Shown: piece by piece, positions 1 to 13,000 of the stretch
How the letters are laid out: each line of letters begins with the position of its first letter
How positions within the stretch are numbered: the first letter of the stretch is position 1
NCBI GenBank assembly: GCA_050273025.1
Contig: CP158635.1
Span: 17,298,001-17,362,000 of the forward strand
Length of the DNA stretch: 64,000 bases
Direction: 5' to 3'
DNA from: Cenococcum geophilum
Taxonomy: Eukaryota
Made by a program: the position numbers and the translations under genes
Notes under the pieces: model-generated
Database searches by the model: none
Seen by the model: only the letters and a program-made list of their open reading frames with translations
Told to the model about the DNA's origin: nothing

Positions 1-3000
1 GCCCCTACAATATAAGATATTGCCTAAATTAAGACTAAATAAAATATATAAACTGCTACTAAAGTATATATAAGGCGTAGAAGAGAGAAGACTATATTAA
101 ATATAGGAGATAGAAGGTAAGGGCTTAATAGCTGCGGGAATAACTATACGCTAGGTTATATAAATGGAAATAATAGGCGATAAGCTAGGGGGACGTAGGT
201 ACCTTTTTAGCGTTTCCTACCTTTAATACTAGAGGGCTAGGCTAGCTATCCCAAGCCTTAACGGGCTAGAAGTAACGCTGCGCGATATTACTAGACTAAT
301 TAGGGATATAAGGGTTATAGGGGACACAAGGGAGAGGACGCCCTATAGAAAGACCCCTATAGACAGTAATAGTAGGCTTAAGACTAGGATAATTAAGAAT
401 TAGACTTAATGCGGTAAATATAATATTTATAGCCGACCTATAAAGGGTATATAGCTAACTAGTAAGAATAGGGGAAGAACTGGTAATAATAATAGATTTA
501 GATATAGAAGCGCTAATAGGAATACAAGATATGGGAATAGAAAGCTCTATATAAAATAAGTAGTAACTAGGGTGTAAATATAAGAGATAAAAGCTCTAAA
601 TATTCTAAAAAAAGTAGAAATAAAAGAAGTAAGGAATAAAGGAGAGTTAAAGGACCCTTGCTAGGGGTTCGCTACCTATCTATTATATAGTATAACTACG
701 GCAACACAAACCACTACCTCGTAAGGCCCCTACTAGATAGTCTAGACCTAGAGAAATATTATATCCTTGCTATATAAGAGCCGTATTATAATACCTTTAT
801 ATAATTAATATACTGCCCCTAAGGATTCTAGCTCCTATATAAACTAAAAGCAGCTATATATATATGCTTTATAATTAGCAAGGCTATTAGCCTATCCTTA
901 TAGTTATAGCAGGTAGTTAACCTAGATATTATAGTTATAATAATCTAAATATATAGGGGACTGGTATAAATTATTAATATATATAACCCTAGGGTTAAAG
1001 GGGTCCTATAAATAGAGAATATTATATTAGTAATAAGCTTACTAGAAACTAAAGGTATAGAGTTTATCCTATTAGGAGATATAAACCTCTACTACCCACG
1101 GTAGGGGGGTATCTATATTACTGTAGATTAATAGTTAAAGTGCCTACTAAGAGCTATAGATATCTGGGGCCTTAAGCTAGCTACCCCCCTAGGAGCAATT
1201 ATATGGCAATAAGGCACCGCTAGAAGTATAATTAACCTTATATTTATAGATAAAGGCCTATATTAAAGACTTAAAAGATATAACCCTAAAGAAGAATAGG
1301 CACTTACCCTAGACTATATCCCTATCTAGATATAGCTAGACCTAGATACTAAAGCGTAACTAAATAGAAAAAGATATATAATAAGGAAGCTTAAGATAAA
1401 CAGTTTCTTTAATATAGTTAAATAATAACTCTAAGACCTAGAAAAAATCCACCTAATACCAAACGAGCGAGGCTTATTAGCTACCCCTAAGGAAATTAAT
1501 TAAAGACTAAAAAGGATCTAGGCAGCAATTAAAAATGGGCTAGAAGAGCACTGCCCGATCTTAAAACTGGGCCCCTATGCGCAACACGTATGGTCTATAT
1601 AATATATAGTTTTAGTTACCAGCTAATAATAAGTAAAAAGAAAATATATAAGTAGCTATAACCCTAAAGATAAGAGACGATATAAAGATATAAGAAACTA
1701 GCTAAAGAATACCCTAAAAAAAGAAGTAAGGAATAACTAGAGACGGTTTATAAATGAGTATACTTCTAACCTAAGCCTCCCCTATAATAAGGGCCTTTAG
1801 GCTATAGTAAAATAGGTAAAGAAAAAGGTAGGGCGCCTAGCAGAAGACTTATACCTACTACCCCTATAAAGAGTAGGAGAATTATAGGCTATAAATGATA
1901 ATAATAAAAAGGCAAAGATTTTTATAGAAAGGTTCTTCCCCTAACTAGCTCTAGTAGACCTTAGTAATATTATGGGCGAAACACTAGTAACTTACCTGTA
2001 GGTTAACAGCGATATAATAACAGAGGAAATGGCTAGAACTATTAGCCGCCTTTTAAATAATATAGTATTAGGACTAGATAGGATTCTAAATAAGGCCCTA
2101 AAAACCTATGGGCCACTTATAGCACTTTAGCTTATAGATATAGCCAGAGTATGCTTTACTATAGGCTACTACCCATAACTTAGAAGATCTATAACAACGG
2201 TTATCCTATGAAAAGAAGGTAAAGTAGATTACTTAATCCTAGGAAGCTACCGCCCTATTGCCTTAAAAAACACCCTTAGTAAGATCTTAGAAAGGGTAAT
2301 AGCGGAATATATAGTAGATATAGTAGAGGAACACGCCCTACTACTATAAAGCTAAATAGGGGTAAGAAAGAACCGCTTAACACTATTAGCACTTACGCTA
2401 CTCGCTGCCACTATTAAATCTACATAGGCGATGCGAAAGGACTTTATAGTATTAATGCTTAGCCTAGATATTAGTAGTGCCTATAATAATATACCCTATA
2501 AGCGTCTCTTATATATCCTTAGGGTAAAGGGCTTCCTAGAATAGATTATATAATTTATCTAAAGGTTTATAGGCTAGAAAGAAATATTACTGGTCTTTAG
2601 TAGATACTAAAGCCCCCCTATTATAGTTATAACAGGAATACTATAAGGATTACCCCTTTTACCTATACTTTTTCTTTTCTTTATAAGCAACCTACTTAAC
2701 TCCTTTAAGGAAGGGGTAACCTAGGGGATAGGCTTTGTTAATGATATAAACCTAATTATATACGGGCTAATAGCCGTAGAAAATTGCAGAATACTAAAGA
2801 AAGCCTATAATACTTATATAAAATAGGCAAGACGTTATAAAGTCTAATTCTTACTAGAGAAATACTAGCTAATCTATTTTATAAGAAAATATAACTAATC
2901 TATAGATCTCTAGCATATAATTTATATCTAAGGCTTTAGGGGTTAACTAGTTTAGGGCCTAAGGGTATTAGGAGTATAGGTAGATAGTAAGCTCCGGTAG

Positions 3001-4386
3001 AGCGTATATGCGGCGTAAGCGGCCTATAAAGGCTAAGTATAGTTTATTGCTTTATCTAGGATTGTTAATTCTATATAGGGTCTATACTTTTAAAGGTCAC
3101 GCCTACTATATATAGTAGTTGTCCGGCCAACTATGATATATAGATCTAGTATTTAGGCTATTGGAGAAACTAAGAAGGGCCCCCTAAAATTACTCCTTAA
3201 ACTACTTTAAAAGGTCTAAACAGCCTGCCTTTAGAGTATTATAGGCGGGTATAAGCGAACGGCCACAGCACTACTTAAGAAGGAATTTAATATTCCCCCC
3301 CTATAGTTATATATTAAAGCCGCTATAATATAAAAAATATAAAATAAATACAACTCTAATGTTATAAAGTATATTAAGATACGCCTAAGTAAACTATAGA
3401 GGGACCCTAGGGTGCCCTATAGGAGAATATACCAACAACCCTAAAGTAGGGAAGAGATATTAGAGAAACAGGTAAAGAAAGTAAAAGAAGAATAGTGTTG
3501 CTTTAGGGCCTAGGCCTATATAGAGGAGAAAGGGAGACACGTAAGAGGTTAGTAAAGATAATAGTAAAATAGAGAAAGGAGCTAAAGTAGAATATATAAG
3601 AACGCTAGGAAACCATCTACCGTAATATAATACTGGTTAGACTAACGCTAGAGAGGTAAATAGGAGTTAAAGGTACAGAGGCTAACTTAGGTAAGACGAA
3701 CCTAAGCTATAGTATAGTTAACGCTATAGGAGGTAAATACTTAAGGGCTCCGAGAAGGCCTAATAAAGGCAGAAAATATAATAGCAACACTCTTAAGAAT
3801 AGGGGTAATAGGACTAAAAGATTGGCTTTACTAGGTAGGTGTTCTAGTAGGTAGCCTAAGATGTAAATATAGCTAGCTAAGATAGACACTAAAACACGTA
3901 ATACTGCTATGCCCCTTACGCACCAATTAAGAAATAATGCTCTTAGTAGCTAGTATAGAGAACTATAATATACTACTCTTAATATAAAAAGGCCTTAAGG
4001 CGGTTACCTAGTGGCTTATTAGTTAAAATATACTAAATTAGTTCCGGGTTATAAGGGAAATAATAATAGAAGACAAGGGGGCAAGTAGTAGGTGCCCCTT
4101 AGTAACTCTATAGTAGTAGAGTAAAAGTTTATAATACTAGCGCGTCTATAGGCTTATTACAGCAGCAGTGGTTCCTAAAGAGGTTAAATAGTAAGGTAGT
4201 AGAGCACTATAGGCGACTTATAGGCGCTAAGTAGGCGAGTCCCAAAAGGCGGGGAGATGGATTACGGGGTTTTCTCATTTTTCTTAAATAGAGTTTTCTC
4301 CCTATATATAAATAAGGAGTAGTCCGCGTAGGCCTAATAGGGATCTAAATCGGACATTAAGTAATGAATTATTATTATTATTATTA
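1..4386 (+). mobile_element. Tad1-like LINE (LINE-1 here), RIP-inactivated, 5' end outside the window
   Basis: APE endonuclease motif LGD(M)NL(HH)PRWGG at ~1070-1110. RT motifs GSYRPIAL(E)NTLSKILE at ~2242-2292 and GFV(D)D(T)N at ~2731-2751. C-terminal C-x-C...H...CP at ~3861-3915. 3' stem-loop GTCCG...CGGAC and (ATT)n tail at 4368-4386. Confidence 0.92.
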
Positions 4387-4388
4387 AT

Positions 4389-4776
4389 ATACCTTATTTT
4401 TAAATCTAGAATTTTTATTGTTGTCCTAATGGTCCTAATGGTCCTAATAGTCCTGATAGTCCTGGAGGTCTTAGAGGTCCTAGAGGTCCTAGTGGTCTTA
4501 ATAGTCCGGGCGACCTCCTAATAGGTTCCTAATAGGATGCCGAGTATAAGTGTCTCCTAGAGCTCCTGACAGCCCTGATAGGAGCTATTAGGAGCTGTTA
4601 GTACTGTTAGGAGGCATAAACATTTTGCTAATGCTGTATATTATTGATAAACGATATCGTGTGAGGAGCTATATAGGAGGTGAGGCGGTATATATACATG
4701 TCGCTTAGGGGTCAGGTCCGTGCTCATGCATACGCGTACACGAGCCATAATAACGCGTTAGGTTAGTGCCGTGACA
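4389..4776 (-). mobile_element. LTR fragment (starts TGTCACGG on the minus strand), cut by the LINE-1 tail
   Basis: GTGACA terminus at 4771-4776, TATATATA at ~4688, and a 9-bp tandem repeat (GGTCCTAAT/GGTCCTAGA) at ~4423-4510. Confidence 0.6.
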
Positions 4777-5480
4777 ATTATAAAGGGTTATAGGTTATTT
4801 TAATTTCTATTAAACATTATAGGGTTAGGGAGCTTTTTAGATTTTATAATAAGTATTAGATTTATTATAGATATAGGTTAAGCTATTATTACTAGCTTAA
4901 GGTTCGTGTTTAACAGGTTAGGCTTAGGTATAGTTATTTTAATCTTATTTATAGAGGGTATTAGTACTAGGGTCTTTAACGTAAATACTTTAGCGTTATA
5001 GAGTTCTTTATATATTGCTTTAATTAATTACTAATACTAGGCTTTTAGTATAGCTTATTACTAGGCCAAGGCATCTATAAAAGACTGTTATATTATAGTT
5101 ATTTATTCCCTAACTAGGGCCATAATAGTTAACGTGGTAGATTTAAGTTTATTTATTATTTTAAGGGTATTAGTATTAACATAACGTAATATAAGGGCGC
5201 GAAGAGGCTTTAAGGCAGATTTAAAGGAATAATATAAATTCTATCTAAATCTATAGGTATAGCTCTTATAGAGAGTAAGACGTTATATAAAGAAGAGAAG
5301 GAAATAACAAGAGAATTATATAATTAAATAGTTAGGGGTCTTAGTAGTTAATATATGCGTATATACGCACGCGGTCTTTAATAAACTTTAGTAAAATTCA
5401 ATTAATCTAGCAGAACTTGGCAGAAGTTAATTAAGCTATTAAAATTCGGCAGAATTTGGTCAAAGCGTCGGAATTTATCT
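4777..5480 (-). mobile_element. Gypsy fragment related to family B: gag N-terminus plus truncated 5' LTR (from ~5190)
   Basis: The layout ACATAACGTAA|TATAAGGG with internal AAGACGTTATAT mirrors the family B PBS/LTR junction. GCAGAA repeats are present as in family B LTRs. Confidence 0.5.
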
Positions 5481-5489
5481 GTTAAGGGT

Positions 5490-7601
5490 TTCACTAAGAC
5501 ATTCCTACTGTAACTGGGTTAGTCCTATTACACCTCTACTCTACTAACTAATAGAAGGATTATTGGCATAATTAAGAAGTAATAAATTGCGGAATCCATA
5601 CCTAGGGCGAGTTATTCTTCTTATATCTATCCTTTTATTAGGCTATACTCAAAACTTTACTAACTATTTTACCCGGCTTTTTAGTCTTTATCTTTAAGGT
5701 ATAAATATAAAGCGTTAGGTTCTATTACTACTTTATAAACTAGGGCTTATTAACGGATATAAGGCGCTAAACTACTAGAAGATAGGATTAGCTAAACGCC
5801 CTAAGGAAGGTTATAATACTAGCGGCGGATATACTAGTGCTAATATTATTAAAGACTTACCTCTAATCAATGTCCACTCTTAATAATATCTATATTATAT
5901 ATAATAATTTTAACTACCTTAAGTAAACATAATATTAGTTAATTAGAGATACTAGTATTTTTTATTCCTATACTACTGAAAAGCTTATCCGCAGATCTTA
6001 TATTCCCCCTAGCAGCCTTCTTTAAAGTATACTATATAACTAAGTATAGCTTTAGATTAAGGATATTACTAAGGCGCCAGGTAATATATATAATAGCGTT
6101 TAAAATTAAAAATCTATATTTATAATTGCAGATACTCTCTAAAGCGTATATCCGGCCGCTATAAATAGTATTTTTAAATTTAATACCGAGCTTAAATATC
6201 CGCGTATACTAGAGATTAATATTCTATTATTTATAAAGATAACGTATATAAACCTAGGCCCTATTATAGAGAGCAAGGCTTCTATAAATGGTAACTACCG
6301 CGTACTTAAGACGATCTTTTTAAAGTAACTATAACTTAATCGCGATAATAATTTCTAAGGCTAATTATATCTAGTATATGGTAATTAGAAAACTATAAAG
6401 CTTATTTATACTTATAAGCGGGAGCAGGCGGAGGCTACGCTCCTATATAATAGCTACCGTTAGGTACTACCTATTTTAGGTCTTTAGTACCTCTAGTTAA
6501 ACTTTCTATATATAATTATAAGGACTTTCTTTAGTAGCGAGTAATATGCGTAGTAGTACTCTACGCTCTACACTTATATAAATTACCTTAGGCGACGAAT
6601 TATTTCTATAGAGCGCCCTCCCTTTTACTATCTTAAGGAGCTAATACTATACAGTTTTAATACCTATATTATTACGCTCTTCTTAATATATATCCGCGGT
6701 AGGCTTAACATTTATAAAGAAGGTACAGTTAAAAGATATATTAAATCCTTAACGCCTAAGCAGTTTCTATAGTATATTAAGGATATCTATATAGCAAGTT
6801 TTAGCTCTAAAGTCGGCTAAGAGGCTAATAAATTAATTTTTTCGTACCCCTCTACCCGCGGAGGTTCTTAGATTATAGATTAATTACTTATAGTGCCTAG
6901 CTCCGCTACTACAAGCCAGCCTACTTAGATTGTTAATATAAAGTTCTTTAATTATATTTAGTATCTATAGGTAGTTAAATAAGAGGCGGAGTAGGCAGAC
7001 CCCTAGCCGGATATATTAGTTATCTAAGAGCCGAGGCGGAGGGACTAAGGAAATACAATATACACTATAAAATCCTACTACTTAGTGTATATAGGAGTAG
7101 GCAATATAAGGGTCTGCTTTTATATAAATAAGGCTATTAATATAAATAAGTGGGCGCCTATACACTACTTAGCGAATATATATATAATTAAGCTAGAGGG
7201 CTACGAGAGAACTATTTAGATTTATAATATTTATAACCCCTAATAGATAAATAGTAGTATCTATATGCTACCGGAGCTGCTAAGGGCCGAAGGAGAATAT
7301 ATACTATTAGGTGACTTTAATCTATATAACCCCTTTTAGGGGGGTATAATAGTAATATACGCGGACAACGTAGCGGATAACCTTATCCGCGCTATAGAGG
7401 TAGCTAGCCTAAGCCTAGCTATTAAGGTAGGTATAGAGATATAGGTAAAGGGCATATTAAGAAGCACGCTAAACCTAGTATTTACCTCCCCCTAGATTAC
7501 TAATAGGCTGCTATAGAGTTAAAGATAAGACCGCTGGCATATAGGGTTTAACTACTTTTCTATTATTATAGGGGTGGACGTAAAGGCGCTAAAGGGGCCC
7601 C
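5490..7601 (+). mobile_element. Tad1-like LINE-2, 5' part (ORF1 remnant and APE endonuclease)
   Basis: LLGDFNL(HH)PFWGG at ~7303-7345. The sequence resumes at 16513 after the gypsy insertion (TSD GCCCC). The 5' boundary is approximate. Confidence 0.8.
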
Positions 7602-8849
7602 TATAAGGGGATCTTGTAGATAAGGGGCTATAAGGACACGATTGGAATAGGATAGATTGGTGAGAGAGACAAATCCTTAAGGAGGTAAGGCCTCTAGGAT
7701 CGTGGAGACTATATACTATGGGCACGTACCTCCGGCACGTGACCGGCGACCATCTAAGGGGCGTCCGGGGGTTGTCCTAAGGGCAACCTAAGGTGTCTGT
7801 AATAATATCCCTTACATTACCCCCCCCTTCTTACAGTTGGCCCCCGATTGCTATTACCTTATAGTAGGGAGATTATAAGGGCTTATCCCGGAAGAGGTTT
7901 GGAGAGATATTAGAGAGGTATTAGTATACCGCTGTATATTATCTATCTATCTAACCCCTACTTTAAACTCCTAAAAAACCTTAATAAGGAAAAAACATAA
8001 CTAGAGAAAAGACGTGAGGATTGCCAGGAGACCTATTGGAAGCCTACTGGAAGCATGCTGGTAACTACCTAGGCTAATATAGGGATTTTTATGCAACTCT
8101 GCTTTTAAGCCTTTATGCTAGTCTATAATTAATTACGAGTATTATAGGTAATTTAGTATTCCAGTATAGTTCCGTAAAACCTTTGGTATAGGATTTAACG
8201 TATAGAGCCTTAGCTTACCGTCGTCTTTAACTACTAAGATATGGTCTATAATCCTTTTCTTATAATCCCCTGCGTCACTAACGCATTACTCCCACATTTA
8301 CCCTTAGGTTATTAAATGCGGTTAAGGTATTAATTAGTCAGTTAAAGAGACTTATCTCTTAAGATTTAGTGCATATAGTTTTAAATCTAGTAGTCCTATA
8401 CCGTATATTTGGCGTAGCTCTACTACCTAGTAAATAGGGACATTTCGCGATAGCAATTGTAGCTATTATGTAATTGTCAAGAACATCTATAACGTTGTTC
8501 TTTAATACTATAGTATCGTTTTAGGTCTAATTTAACCTATATACGTCTTTAATTTAACGTCTTAATTGCCTTCCCCCGGCCGCGTAGTTAGTTTTTATAA
8601 GGAAGTAATAGTTAAATAACTTATACGCGTGTTTCCTTCCTTTTAAATAGCGCTATTATAACGGAGTTATATTAGTAAGGTTGCGGTTATTTACTGGAAG
8701 GGTATTAGAAGGTAAAGTATAAAGACACCTTACTTATTAAGCTGCTCCTTTTTTTAAACACCTTACTTCTCGCTATTAACCGTCGTCTAATTTTAGACGT
8801 ATCTTCAATATATTATTAAGATTTTCTTCTTTTTCATCAATAATTTAAT

Positions 8850-9967
8850 ATGCCTCTTTATTCTCCTACTAACTACTCTTCTAAGTAAAATCCACAGCGT
8901 ATCCTAGCCCTGCCTTTACACATAGAACCCTAACCCCCGCTAACCCATAACTGGTGCTGGTCCTACCTAAATAATTTTGCCTACATGTCTTTAAAAGACT
9001 AGAAATCTAATAATAGGATTCTGGAGACTTATAATAAGACGCACTGCGTTAGATCTAATACCTTTAGTCCTTATAATCGATGTATGTGTACTAAGAGCAG
9101 CAGTTATATTAAAGTAAGTTTTTCTATCCTTAATAGATTTCCATTACTAACTTTAAGCTTCAATAATAGCCTAGGCCTAAGTAGTAATGTTCCTTTAATA
9201 TCCTTAACTACTACATCGCTTAGGCTCTCTCTTATTCTAGCGTAAATGCTAAATAACTTAGCCGAATTCGAGACTATGCTACGGCTATCTATATTACCTA
9301 TAATTCCTAGCAAGCTAGCTAGTAACGCCTAATATAAGAGCAAGGTTAGTATACTAAGGATAGGGTAAGGAATGGGGGTAATAAGAAGAAGGTTGCTGTC
9401 TATTATAGAAAGGAGTTCGCGTATACGCGTTAAGTTTTAAAAGAGCATAACATAATGCGGTATTAGGTAGGTTACCCTTCGGGTACCTAGTAGATAGGTA
9501 ACTAACGGTTGCCGTAGCAAGGTCTTGGTGGTTCTAAACTATACTAGCCAGCTAACATCTCTATTTATTCTAGGCTTAAGCGTATCTTTATTAACTATAA
9601 GCTTACGCCGTAAGAGCTTTATTAGTATTGGTTTAGACCTAATATTAGTGTTAAGCGTTTAAGAGTCTCTACTCTAGCTATACCTTATCGTCCTACCCTT
9701 ATTTTTATGCCTACTCGTACGCTTACCAAGGCATCTAGATCCCATTCTCGTTAGCTATTACTTAGTGGCCTAATAGATACTAATCCTACTCCTGATGATA
9801 ATGGGGCGTAGTAGCTTTTTAGATTGGGCATTTATGGTTTAGACTTTTAGAATTCGTTCTTATACATAGTAGCAATTAAGGACCTCGATTAGGTACTCGG
9901 GAAGGCCTTAAAAGGCTTTTAGAAAGGGCTTAGGAGCCCTAAAAACAATATTCCTAGTATAGATTAA
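8850..9967 (+). pseudogene. Extra antisense two-exon gene inside gypsy A, encoding a Cys-rich (Zn-finger-like) protein
   Basis: ATG at 8850, in frame through WCWS(C)...(C)..THC...P(C)NRC.......(C). Intron 9114-9169 (GTAAGT, ACTAAC, TAG). Exon 2 keeps one frame to ~9811-9967 with only RIP-type stops. The same splice signals are present in copy 2 (28624-28666). Confidence 0.7.
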
Positions 9968-10089
9968 TGAATAGGAATACAATTCTAGCAAAATGCCCTA
10001 TTAACTCTATGCTATGTACGTAAAAAGGCTAAAAACCCGTCCTGCCTTAGGCTATATAGCCCTAATCCTTATAGTTTCCAAAGCTTGTC

Positions 10090-13000
10090 CGTTCTATATC
10101 CGATTTAACCTATTTACTCTTTTCGCGAGTTTTCTTCATAGGTCGCGATAACACCGTAGTATTAGAGCGCTTTTTGCGATTTGTAGATTGTGGACCTTGG
10201 TCCCAATATTCTTTTAAAATATCTTCGCAATAATTAAGGTAATCCTCTAGTTCCTATGTAGAGTCCTTAGCAGGCTAGCCTAGCCATTTAACTTTAAATT
10301 AAAGCTTGTTCTTAATAGACTTATAATATAGTATAGCTTTAACCTCATACCACTCGCCCACCACCTTAGGGTGTTTAATTAGGCCTAAACGGAAGTTCTT
10401 TTCCGGCGGTGGTCTATGCTATAGCTTTAGTAGGTTTATGTAAAACACTAAATATATATAGGCCATAGATAGGGGTAGCTAGAGACGATAGGCTAGCTTA
10501 CTAATTCGTTCCTTAACTTAGAAGGGACCTAGGTATCTTACATTAAGCTTCTTTAATAGTCAACGGGTCTTAATATTCGTTAAACGTAATAGAACCTCAT
10601 CGCCTACTCCAAAATGCTTATCCTAGTACTTACAGTTATACCAAAGTCTCTGCTGCTCTTAGGCATCTTATAGGCTCTACTTTACATACTTCCATTACTC
10701 CTTTTATTCCTAGAGGTATCCTTATACTCTCTAGTAGATATCCTTAGACTTCCCAGTAGGATCTTATAACTAATTATGCGGCTTTAGCTAGTAATTATTG
10801 GGTATACTATTAAACCTAAATAGTTAGACGCTATAGGCAATCTGGATTAGTGCATATTTATACAATATATGTTGCTTTAAATTATAAGCGTACTCTATGT
10901 ACGGAAGTAGCTTATACTAGTTGTCTTGCTAGTAGTTTAAATATATCCGTAGGTAAAACTCTAGTTCCTAGTTCTAGCGTTCCGTTTGCCCATCCGTTTA
11001 TAGGTGGAAAGCTATACTATAATAGTGGTCTATCTTTAAATGGAAGTATAGATCCGACCAGTACTGGCTTGTAAAGACGCTGCCCCTATTAGTAATAATA
11101 GAGTGCGGCTAATCTACTTTAAGAAAGCATTTCTCCTTAATTAGGTTGGCGAGCTCTTATACGTTAATTGTCTTATTAATAGGAAGGTATTAGATATACT
11201 TTAAAAACCTATTAATAAGTACGAGGACCGAATCGTATATTCGTCCTTAGCCATCTTTAGATAGTAGGAGATCCGTAATAAAGTCTATGGCGTAATATTG
11301 CTATAGCTTACTAGTAGGGGGAACTAATTTAAGTAGACCCTATAGCTTATGCCTGTGGATCTTATATACTTAACACTTCTTATAATAGCTGATGTACTCC
11401 TTTGCTTCCTAATTAAGCCTTAGCCAATAGTATTTACGCTAAAGTAATTCCACTGTCTTTGCTTAACCATAGTAGCCGCCTAGGGGATTATCGTAATTCT
11501 TTATAAGAATCTTCTATTATAGATTTGCTTCTTATAGCACCCAAACCTTACTACCTCTACGCAGTAGGCCCATTAAGTCTAGTTCCTAATAGTGGCGCCT
11601 AGCAGCTTCCTTTCCGTTATATTTCCGGTCTACTTCCGCATTAAGAATGGCATAGGAAGCGTCCCTCCGTTGCACCTTATGGATAAGATCCGTTAACCCT
11701 TTAGATGGTTCCTAGGTGAAAGCTGTTTTATCCTATACTACTCCAAGTACGAAACTAGATAGTACTATAGATCTTACAACTCTCTAATACGCGTATGTTA
11801 GGAAGGCCGCTACAAAGTTAAAGTCCTTTAGTTATTACAGGGCTCTAAGTTCTAATTACTTTATAGCTTCGCTATTGGTTTAAAGGGATAGCTTAGCAAT
11901 TAGGGATGGTGTATTACTAAGTTCCAAGAATATATTGGGGACGTCCTATCTAGGTATATTTAGACCCTTATCGGCAACGGACCAGGTACTAGCTAGAACA
12001 TTAGTGGAAACCAATAGGGTTTATACCGCCTAAGACTTAGTATATAAAGCTATAGGTACTCAAGCATCCCACACCTAAAGCTTATTCTGTAATATAGGGA
12101 GTAAGATATTTATTATCTGTTTTCCTTCTCCCGTTTTAAAGCCTTTAGTATAATCTAGCCGTCGTAACGGTTTATTAGCAGGGTTGTTTTCCCCTAGCTT
12201 ATATTTAATCTTAAAATTAAATCGCGTAAGCTCCTCTGCCTATCTAGCTTATTAAAGTATAAGCTCCTTTATAGTTATAAAGTAGCGTAGATTATAGTAA
12301 TCTAAGAGTACACAAGTGATATAGCTCGCGTGCTCGAGGTAATATCACCACTATTTAAAGCAGTCGACTATAGCTAGCAGTTCCTTATCGTAGGTATAAT
12401 ACCTAACTTTAGGTCCCTAGAATTTTCTGCTATAAAATGCTACTAGTCTTTAATAGAGCTAGGTAGCGTCCGGATGCCTATTAGGTTATAGTAGAATACT
12501 AGCAAAGGCAAAATTCAATACATTAGTTATTATTATTAATAGCTAATCTGGGTCGAAATACCGCAGCAATAAAGCTTTTATAAACTTTACGCGAAGTTCC
12601 TAAAAGGCCTCCTAAACCTTTCCGGGCCATAACTATAGCTTATACTATTTAGTTGGTCCCTTCTTAGTTTTCTTCCTTACCGCCTTTAAGCTTTTTACTC
12701 CTTAGGTCGGGTCTTGGGAAGCTTCTGTAATATAATTAAATAGGTATCGGGCGACGTCTAAGTAGTTATAGATAAAGCGCCTATAGAAATTGGCAAAGCC
12801 TAGGAACACTTAAACATCCTAGTAGCTCTCTAGCTCCGGCCACTCCTAGATTATCTACACCCGTACTAGGTCTATAACTACACCTATAGGCGTTATAATA
12901 TAACCTAGGAACTCAACCTACTTGGTATTAAAGATATACTTTAACGCTTTAGCGTAGAGGCCCTAATTATCTAAACGTTCCAGCACTTCGCGGACGTGTT

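Noticed and set aside
8091..8560. Possible second antisense ORF in gypsy A
   Set aside because: It is open only after extensive RIP reversal, has no motif, and the frame could not be verified.
8925..8950. CCCTAA-like telomeric motif
   Set aside because: Only one or two imperfect units, explained by RIP of Pro/Gln codons.
9104..9313. Minus-strand 69-aa ORF (and its twin at 28614-28820)
   Set aside because: It is a shadow of the plus-strand spliced gene and has no recognisable motif.
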